Part shown: one piece after another, positions 6,917 through 13,140 of the stretch | Numbering within the stretch: the stretch's first letter is position 1 | How the letters are laid out: each line of letters begins with the position of its first letter | Source: Bacteriovoracia bacterium | Lineage (GTDB): Bacteria; Bdellovibrionota; Bacteriovoracia; Bacteriovoracales; Bacteriovoracaceae | DNA: 13,140 nt | Direction: 5' to 3' | Assembly (NCBI GenBank): GCA_046570105.1 | Contig: JBKHVI010000065.1 | Location: 1-13,140 of the forward strand | Made by a program: the position numbers and the translations under genes | The notes under the pieces: model-generated | Database searches by the model: none | The model's input: only the letters and a program-made list of their open reading frames with translations | What the model was told of the DNA's origin: nothing

Positions 6917-8108
6917 ATGGGAGTTCTCGAATCATTTGCGGCAGTGGAGAGACTTTGTTGAAGTCCTGACTTCGAATATAATCAAGCCGTTCGTTATGTC
7001 TTAAAAAAACTTTGAATTGATCTGAGTCATCCTGATTGTCCATGTAGCCAATGACTCCTTTGAGTTGCTCTTGAACATCGGGAGTAAAACCACTCAAATG
7101 TGTTTTTATCTGCTCTTTGAGCTTCTCTTTTATTGCTAAAGGTAGAGTGGTAACGCTGTAAATCGTGGGATCAATCACTGGAGTCAAAAGCACATTGTGA
7201 TTTAACTGAAGTTTATTAAGGCAATAATCGAGTGTCTCTATTAAAGAGGCGATACTTAGATTTGAAACAGTGCTGATAAGGCCAAGAGTTACATGAGGGG
7301 CTTCGCGGCGAATACGGGCAATATTAGCTTCTAACTGATTCCAGGACTGGCCATCGCGGATGTATTCACCCAAAGCGCCAATCCCATCAATACTGATGTT
7401 CAAATCAACATTTTCGAACTTATTCCACATGGCTACGACATCAATCCCGGCCATACCTAGAGTAGAAAGATTCGTAACGTATTCAACTCGGCATTTGGGA
7501 TTGAGTTCGTGAATGATCTCTAGAATAGTATAATGCTCTCTATGTAAGAGGGGTTCTCCGCCAGCAAAGAACATGCGTTCAGGTTTAAAGTTTGCCAGAC
7601 GAAAAGTGGCTTCTGCCTGTGCCAGCGTTTGGAAAGATTTGGTGGCCGTTTCAATGGGCCAAGCTTTGCCAGTTACGAGGGCATAATCCAGAATCCATTT
7701 TGAACTATGAACAGGACTGCAAGTGCGGCAAGCGAAGTTGCATACATTTGATGTACGTAAATCAATTGAGACCAGATCCTCATTAGTAACGTCGGCGCTA
7801 TTCTTTTCAATAATAAGGGGTAACTGAAGTTCAAACTTGCGATTGGAGGTTATGCGGTCGGAAATCATCCCGCCCGCTTCTTTTAGAGCACAGTTTTTAC
7901 ATTGCTGAGGAACTTTACCGGCCAGCATTTCTGAGCGAATTTTATGTAAAAAGGGATGCTGCCAAATCTGATGGATTGAATCGTCTGGAAGCTTACCTAA
8001 AAGATTTTCTTGATCAGGTAAGAACTTGGCAGCACAACAAGTGTAAGCACTGCCGTCTGGTTGAAACATTAAGTGGTGCCAAGGTAATGCACAAATGAAC
8101 TTTGTCAT
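6915..8108 (-). CDS. Radical SAM protein with N-terminal Twitch/SPASM-like domain
   Basis: N-terminal CALPW...DGSAYTCC...CKNC, then CNFACRTC (CxxxCxxC), SSKW, FAGGEPL, SIDG and YIR. Confidence 0.9.
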   Translation of the reverse strand: MTKFICALPWHHLMFQPDGSAYTCCAAKFLPDQENLLGKLPDDSIHQIWQHPFLHKIRSEMLAGKVPQQCKNCALKEAGGMISDRITSNRKFELQLPLIIEKNSADVTNEDLVSIDLRTSNVCNFACRTCSPVHSSKWILDYALVTGKAWPIETATKSFQTLAQAEATFRLANFKPERMFFAGGEPLLHREHYTILEIIHELNPKCRVEYVTNLSTLGMAGIDVVAMWNKFENVDLNISIDGIGALGEYIRDGQSWNQLEANIARIRREAPHVTLGLISTVSNLSIASLIETLDYCLNKLQLNHNVLLTPVIDPTIYSVTTLPLAIKEKLKEQIKTHLSGFTPDVQEQLKGVIGYMDNQDDSDQFKVFLRHNERLDYIRSQDFNKVSPLPQMIRELP

Positions 8109-8146
8109 AGAATCTTAGTGTAGGAAGTCTGGGATTAAAGGTAAGC

Positions 8147-8178
8147 AAAAAAAAAAGCCTCCGTTTCGGAGGCTTTTT
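8147..8178 (-). terminator. Intrinsic terminator of tRNA-Gly (potentially bidirectional)
   Basis: AAAAAGCCTCCG-TTT-CGGAGGCTTTTT, with an A10 run at 8147-8156. Confidence 0.9.
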
Positions 8179-8191
8179 AGTTTGGTTTGTT

Positions 8192-8267
8192 TGGAGCGGG
8201 CGAAGAGATTCGAACTCTCGACCTTCACGATGGCAACGTGACGCTCTACCAACTGAGCTACACCCGC
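8192..8267 (-). tRNA. tRNA-Gly (GCC)
   Basis: 76 nt GCGGGTGTAGCTCAGTTGGTAGAGCG...TCACG-TTGCCAT-CGTGA...GTTCGAATC...CGCCCGCTCCA. Cloverleaf fold, U73 discriminator and encoded CCA. Confidence 0.98.
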
Positions 8268-8278
8268 ATAGGTCTGAG

Positions 8279-8307
8279 AATTTAAAGGGGCCAAGCGCTT
8301 TCGTCAA
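8279..8307 (-). promoter_or_regulatory. sigma70 promoter of tRNA-Gly
   Basis: TTGACG(8307-8302)-N17-TAAATT(8284-8279), 11 nt upstream of the mature 5' end. Confidence 0.75.
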
Positions 8308-8321
8308 CGGCTTTTGGGGAT

Positions 8322-9653
8322 TTAGGCCTGAAATTTCTGCTCTAAAGCCTTGATAATCTTTTGATAAGAGGGGCTGGTGTACTGTGCATAGAGTAGTGGA
8401 AGGATTTCACGCTTGCTGGAAGGCATGTCGGGGCGCAATAGAATCTTCACGAAACGATCGGCAATAATGAAAACTTTTGAAAGTGGATGTAGATCTTCGC
8501 CCGGAGAGTCATTAAAGCCTACGCCATCAAGTTTTCCGTGGTGCTGCAGCAAAACAGTTTTAATGTACTCATTGGCCCCTGGGTGACGCTCTAAGAGAGT
8601 AGCAGCATCGCGTGCATGGGTGAGAACGGCCTGGCGTTCCTCATCTTCTAGGTTCGACTTGCGCAGATCTTCGTCTGAGACGATTGAGATTTGTTCATTT
8701 GATTTCAGCGTAATGTCGCTAAAGAAAGAGACAAAGCTTAAGACTTCAAGATGCTTCGGCTGATACCAGCTCTGCTTGGAAAGAATGTACTGGCACATGA
8801 CTGCAATCAAGTGGCAGTGCTGATAAGCGAGACTGACTTTACTGGTGAAGAGAAACTTTAATAGTCCGGCCAGTTGAGGCGAGTCTTTCACGCTGGCGAT
8901 CATGGAGTTAATACCCGCATCGGCGAGCTCGACGGTCGCTTGATCCATGCCAATCTTTAACACTTGATCGGCCACGACATCATATGAGTGTGCAGTGGTG
9001 AGGATACGATCTTCCATGGAAAGATCAGAGCGCTCGAGCTTTTTCACCAACGAGTTAGTCACAAAAGTGGTGAAGTACTGTTGGTAGTCGCGCTGAATGT
9101 AGAATTCTTTGAGGCCCTGTTCTTCGTATTTCTTGATCCCTGCGTAATCAAAAGTATCTTTTGAATGAATGCGCTTTACGAATTGGAAGTCGCCCGGGCC
9201 CTTCTTGATTCGTAGATAGATATCACAAGGAGTCTGAGTGATGTCGTAGAAATAAGACAAACTCATCGGGACAAAATCCGGCTTCACACGGCGAACCAGA
9301 TCCTCAGGAGTCACGCCTAAAAACTTGGCGGCTTGCTGAACGAGTTTTTCCCATACGACGGGCTCCGGAAGGCAAAGAGCGCGATCTGCGATGCTGGAGT
9401 TGTCGCCCATCACCATCATGGGAATATCGAGCATTTCTTCTTTGAGAAATTTGACGATTTTGGCAGCGGTCTCTTCTTCACCAATTTTATTTTTGCAGAC
9501 GATCAGCGAGATGGTCGGAAGAATGCGCAGAAGTTGAATGGCATCTTCGGCATTTTGGCGCACGATCACATCAGTACCAGCAAAGGTATTGAGGTTTAAC
9601 GAGTAGATCTTTCGTAAATCTTCGTTCGGTTCTATGAGGATGGTTTGACTCAT
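8322..9653 (-). CDS. Receiver-like domain plus degenerate HD-GYP domain protein
   Basis: N-terminal REC-like pattern (ILIEPN...LIVCK...PMMVMG). C-terminal AYQH...FFSDIT...THA...QHHGKLDGVGF...IIADRF follows HD-GYP motif order. Confidence 0.82.
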   Translation of the reverse strand: MSQTILIEPNEDLRKIYSLNLNTFAGTDVIVRQNAEDAIQLLRILPTISLIVCKNKIGEEETAAKIVKFLKEEMLDIPMMVMGDNSSIADRALCLPEPVVWEKLVQQAAKFLGVTPEDLVRRVKPDFVPMSLSYFYDITQTPCDIYLRIKKGPGDFQFVKRIHSKDTFDYAGIKKYEEQGLKEFYIQRDYQQYFTTFVTNSLVKKLERSDLSMEDRILTTAHSYDVVADQVLKIGMDQATVELADAGINSMIASVKDSPQLAGLLKFLFTSKVSLAYQHCHLIAVMCQYILSKQSWYQPKHLEVLSFVSFFSDITLKSNEQISIVSDEDLRKSNLEDEERQAVLTHARDAATLLERHPGANEYIKTVLLQHHGKLDGVGFNDSPGEDLHPLSKVFIIADRFVKILLRPDMPSSKREILPLLYAQYTSPSYQKIIKALEQKFQA

Positions 9654-9662
9654 ACTGATAAA

Positions 9663-9671
9663 ATTGTAACA
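9663..9671 (-). promoter_or_regulatory. Extended -10 element (TGnTACAAT)
   Basis: TGT-TACAAT ending 9 nt before ATG 9653, with no SD. Confidence 0.5.
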
Positions 9672-9705
9672 CGTTGATAGCAGAGGGGAAGAAGAGAAAA
9701 ATGCG

Positions 9706-10776
9706 CTATAGGCGAGCGCTGGGCTCAGGCTTCTGAATTAAAGGGTTTGCGAGAGCAACTAACTGCCCCGATCGATTGAGTAAACTGCCAGAAAAATGAT
9801 GCCCTTCGGGATTAAATGCGCTGACTTTTCCATGCCCACCGGGAATATCGATCACATATTGTGGAAGCATCCAGCCTGGAAGCTGGGTGTGGAGTTGACC
9901 CCAAAGTTCTCGGCCGGCTTCCAAGGGAAGCCAGAAATGCATGGCCCCGCGCACCTGATCGGGGTGGTGAAGATAGTAGGCCTCTATATTAAGTGAGGCG
10001 AGTTTTCTGAAGAGGGCAGAGAGATCCGCCACAGAGTTATTAACGCCTTTTAAAAGGACACTCTGAGAGAGCCAACGAACGCCCTTCGGTCTGAAGTTTT
10101 TAATGGTTTCTTTTGCTGTTTCAGTCCATTCGTCGTCATGGTTGGTATGCACTACCATCAGAATTTGAAATCTATCCTGAAAGCTTTCAAGCACAGTCTG
10201 CAATTCAGATGTTAAGCGCTCCGGTAAGATGACTGGAAAGCGCGTATGAAAACGCACAAATTTGAGACTGGGAATGGCCGAGAGTAGCGTTAACCAATTC
10301 GTCAGCTTTTCGTCGGATAACATTAAAGGATCGCCACCAGTGAAGATGACTTCTTCGATTTCGGGGTGCGCCGATAAATAATTTAAGGTGGCCTCAACGT
10401 CATTGGAGAACATGTCGGTCTGCAATTCGTTTTTCCGAAAACAGTAGCGGCAATGAACCGGGCAAACGGTGGTGGGAATTAAGAGCGCGCGGTTATCGTA
10501 GCGATGAATCAGTTGCGAAGTTTTTGAGTATGCTTCATCACCAATCGGATCGATTAATCCGTTTTCACTTAATTCATCTGCATGGGGGAGAAATTGGCGA
10601 GCGAGAACTCCAGCGGGGCCTTGCGTTTTTATTGCTTGGGCCAATGCGCGCGGAATGAGTAAAGGGTAATTGGCGACAACATCATGGGCGACATCAAAGC
10701 CCAAAAAAGAGCGCAGTGACTGAGAGTCACGAAAAGCGTATTGTAGTTCGAGCTGCCAGCTAGCGGGGGAGTTCAC
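9706..10776 (-). CDS. KamA/EpmB-family radical SAM lysine 2,3-aminomutase-like protein (about 356 aa)
   Basis: DPIGD, IHRYDNRALL, CPVHCRYCFRK, EVIFTGGDPL, RFHTRFPVILPER, QSVLLKGVN, YYLHHPD and YVIDIPGGHGK (PLP Lys). Start re-called at GTG 10776 because 10760-10969 holds a separate ORF. Confidence 0.9.
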   Translation of the reverse strand: MNSPASWQLELQYAFRDSQSLRSFLGFDVAHDVVANYPLLIPRALAQAIKTQGPAGVLARQFLPHADELSENGLIDPIGDEAYSKTSQLIHRYDNRALLIPTTVCPVHCRYCFRKNELQTDMFSNDVEATLNYLSAHPEIEEVIFTGGDPLMLSDEKLTNWLTLLSAIPSLKFVRFHTRFPVILPERLTSELQTVLESFQDRFQILMVVHTNHDDEWTETAKETIKNFRPKGVRWLSQSVLLKGVNNSVADLSALFRKLASLNIEAYYLHHPDQVRGAMHFWLPLEAGRELWGQLHTQLPGWMLPQYVIDIPGGHGKVSAFNPEGHHFSGSLLNRSGQLVALANPLIQKPEPSARL

Positions 10777-10969
10777 GTAAGTTATTTTCGTGAAGGTACT
10801 GGCGGCGATAGAGCCAGGCGCAGAAGCGAATGAGCAGTGCACCTGAAACGGCGAGCCCCATAAAATGCATGATGACGATTTCAATCGGCAGCGTGCCGCC
10901 TTCACCTAAGACATAAACGATCCATCTGAGCAAAGCGAGATGGGCCACCAAAATAACTAATTCCACCAT
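10760..10969 (-). CDS. Small membrane protein (69 aa, two predicted TM helices)
   Basis: MVELVILVAHLALLRWIVYVLG...IEIVIMHFMGLAVSGALLIRFCAWLYRRQY. Starts 13 nt after the exonuclease stop and overlaps the kamA-like start by 17 nt. Confidence 0.62.
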   Translation of the reverse strand: MVELVILVAHLALLRWIVYVLGEGGTLPIEIVIMHFMGLAVSGALLIRFCAWLYRRQYLHENNLRELPR

Positions 10970-10982
10970 TCGGCGGCGCCAG

Positions 10983-11948
10983 TTATTCTTGTTCAGGAAT
11001 GTCGAGAACCACGTCGGCATCTGGAATCTCCAAGGCTTTGGGGGTTTCTTCTTTCTCTTCGCGCACTTTAAAGGCCTTGATGCGTTTAAGCACAAAAGAC
11101 TTATTCATTTTTGTAATCAGGCATACGCCATATAAAACTGGTCCACGCGGCATCGGAATGAGCGCAATCGGTTTCACTGGACGCCACTCTTCTTCGACGG
11201 TACCGCCGGTGTATTGAATATCCAGCGGAGTTTGGTTGCGAATAAAGTCGCGCATATCATCAAAGCGCGTCGGTACTTGGAAGGCCGCATCTTTTTTATA
11301 CTGGCCCATCGCCATGGTGAATGAGCGCTCTTTGAATTCAACTTGTTTATCTAGTGGGGTGCGCTCAATCAGTCCGGCCATGACTTTTAAGCAAGCAAAT
11401 GTATCTTCTAGCGCAATATGATGGTGAAGAGGCACTTTAAAAAATTCTGCCAGCGTGGAGAGTTTGTAGTTTGGTGGTGATTTTCCGGCCGCCTCTGATT
11501 CGGGATTCTTCATGAGTGCACGTGCAAATTTAGCGCTATCGAACACTCGCGTTGCGGGAGCAGTGATCAGAAAATCGTGAGAGCCTTTAATTAAAAAAGC
11601 AGAATCAAATAAAGCGTTATGGGCCAGTAAAGGAGCGCGGCCGACGAAATCCCAAAGTTGGCGCAACGGACGTTTGAGTGTCGGTGCATTTTTCACATCT
11701 TCATTAGTGAGGCCATGAATCTTGGCGTTCTCAGGAAGAATCTCAGTCATAGGATTGATGAGTTGATGAAAAATTTCGATTTCGCCTGATTGAGTGACCT
11801 TAACGGCAGCGATTTCAATAATGCGATCAACCAATGGGGAGAGCCCAGTGGTTTCAAGATCAATCGCGACTACACCATATGGAAAGACCTTCAAAAGCTG
11901 GGCCGCTTCGCTGGGAGTGACGTTGAGATCGGTGGAGGTCCTTGACAT
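10983..11948 (-). CDS. DEDDh (DnaQ-like) 3'-5' exonuclease with C-terminal WYL-like domain
   Basis: ExoI DLETTG, ExoII AHNALFD, ExoIII HHIALED. C-terminal IQY...RPVKP...LYGVC...KSFVLKRI and an acidic tail. Confidence 0.88.
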   Translation of the reverse strand: MSRTSTDLNVTPSEAAQLLKVFPYGVVAIDLETTGLSPLVDRIIEIAAVKVTQSGEIEIFHQLINPMTEILPENAKIHGLTNEDVKNAPTLKRPLRQLWDFVGRAPLLAHNALFDSAFLIKGSHDFLITAPATRVFDSAKFARALMKNPESEAAGKSPPNYKLSTLAEFFKVPLHHHIALEDTFACLKVMAGLIERTPLDKQVEFKERSFTMAMGQYKKDAAFQVPTRFDDMRDFIRNQTPLDIQYTGGTVEEEWRPVKPIALIPMPRGPVLYGVCLITKMNKSFVLKRIKAFKVREEKEETPKALEIPDADVVLDIPEQE

Positions 11949-12069
11949 GGAGAGTCTTATAGCCGTTTTAGGGTGAGTAAGTCTAGGACAAGTGCTTGTC
12001 TTTCATTGACAAAACACGGCGCGTCAAATCAAAGTGGAGGGACTTCTAAGAATATAAAAAAGGACTCTT

Positions 12070-13140
12070 ATGGCCAAGAGCTTTGATGTTGTTGTTTTAG
12101 GTGCTGGGCCTGGTGGTTATGTGGCCGCCATTCGTGCCTCTCAACTAGGTAAAAAAGTAGCGATCGTGGAAGCTGATAAGCTTGGCGGTGTCTGTCTTAA
12201 TCGTGGATGTATTCCCACAAAAGCGCTCTTAAAGTCGGCCCACTCGGTTCATGAAGTGGCGGATCTTAAATCTTTAGGTATCAACGTAAAACTTGAAGGC
12301 CTTGATGGTGCAGTCGCTGTGAAGCGCGCTAACGAGATCGCCAGCAATATGTCGAAGGGCATCGCTTTCTTGATGAAGAAAAACAAGATTGAAGTCTTCA
12401 CAGGCAAAGGTACTTTTAAGACGGCAAAAACCATTGAAGTTGCTCTGACCGATGGTAAAAAAGAAGAACTGACTGCACAAAGTGTGATTATCGCTACTGG
12501 GGCCAAGTACCGCACTTTCCCAGGTCTTGAGCACAACGGAAAAAATCTTGTCGGTGCTTGGGAAGCTCTCAAAATCGAAAAACTTCCGAAATCAATTGGC
12601 ATTATCGGTGCCGGTGCTATTGGTGTTGAATTCGCTTACTTCTGGAATGCTTTTGGCGTCAACGTCACCATCTTTGAAATGCAAAAACATTTGCTTCCGA
12701 TTGAAGACGAAGACTGCTCAATTGAAATTGAGAAGCATTACAAGAAATACGGCATCACGCTCAAACTAGGCGTGGAAAAAGTGTCTGCCAAAGACAACGG
12801 CAAGGATGTCACCATCACTTGTACAGAAGGTGGCAAGGCGACTGACCACAAATTCGATATGGGTTTGATTGCAGTCGGTATGACCGGGAACATCGAAGGC
12901 TTTGGTCTCGAGAAAATCGGTGTCAAAACTGATCGCGGCTTTATCTCAGTCGATAAGTTCTATCAAACTTCAGTCGCTGGCGTTTACGCCATCGGTGATG
13001 TTTCTGGACCTCCACTCTTGGCACACGCTGCTTCTCACGAAGGTGTTGTCGCTGCTGAGCACTTGAGCGGTAAGCATCCTCACGCGATTGATAAATTGAA
13101 TATTCCAGGCTGCACTTACTGTCAGCCACAAGTGGCTTCA
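12070..13140 (+). CDS. lpdA: Dihydrolipoamide dehydrogenase (E3), truncated by the window end; absent from the ORF track
   Basis: ATG 12070 after AAGGA. My translation reads MAKSFDVVVLGAGPGGYVAAIRASQLG...GGVCLNRGCIPTK...IIGAGAIGVEFA...YAIGDVSGPPLLAHAASHEG...IPGCTYCQPQVAS. Confidence 0.97.
   Translation, partial: MAKSFDVVVLGAGPGGYVAAIRASQLGKKVAIVEADKLGGVCLNRGCIPTKALLKSAHSVHEVADLKSLGINVKLEGLDGAVAVKRANEIASNMSKGIAFLMKKNKIEVFTGKGTFKTAKTIEVALTDGKKEELTAQSVIIATGAKYRTFPGLEHNGKNLVGAWEALKIEKLPKSIGIIGAGAIGVEFAYFWNAFGVNVTIFEMQKHLLPIEDEDCSIEIEKHYKKYGITLKLGVEKVSAKDNGKDVTITCTEGGKATDHKFDMGLIAVGMTGNIEGFGLEKIGVKTDRGFISVDKFYQTSVAGVYAIGDVSGPPLLAHAASHEGVVAAEHLSGKHPHAIDKLNIPGCTYCQPQVAS

Noticed and set aside
1909..8267. 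Integrative element or prophage anchored at tRNA-Gly and carrying umuDC
   Set aside because: No integrase, transposase or phage gene, and I found no duplicate of the tRNA 3' end by eye.
8014..8307. 97-aa ORF across the tRNA
   Set aside because: It is a translation of tRNA-Gly, its promoter and its terminator.
10777..10905. 43-aa N-terminal extension of the KamA-like ORF in the track
   Set aside because: No family resemblance, and the region is better explained by the 69-aa membrane ORF in another frame.
12249..13129. Several short ORFs in the track at the right end
   Set aside because: All lie within lpdA, which the track missed because its stop is outside the window.

Overview
Bacterial chromosomal window with a Bdellovibrionota (Bacteriovorax/Bdellovibrio-like) character. 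That assignment is inferred from a TIGR02147 gene, an N-terminal-Twitch radical SAM gene, a degenerate HD-GYP protein and several secreted orphans. Housekeeping genes bound the window: icd (left, minus strand) and a 3'-truncated lpdA (right, plus strand). Between them, in order: a secreted 5x20-aa Cys-repeat protein; an orphan ending in a clamp-like QLGF motif; a divergent umuD'-like/umuC pair; a three-gene operon (secreted 6-Cys protein, TIGR02147 HTH protein, secreted HExxH protein) preceded by a four-box dyad; a Twitch radical SAM gene; tRNA-Gly(GCC); a pseudo-receiver/pseudo-HD-GYP protein; a KamA/EpmB-family enzyme; a 69-aa membrane protein; and a DEDDh exonuclease-WYL fusion. The best candidate for a new system is the mutagenesis module at 1909-4291. 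Its UmuD has no N-terminal arm and neither catalytic residue, so it looks 'born processed'. Its UmuC has an altered C-terminal motif. A divergent orphan with a clamp-like tail shares interdigitated promoters with the pair, and no recognisable LexA box is present. All calls come from reading motifs by eye; no searches were run.
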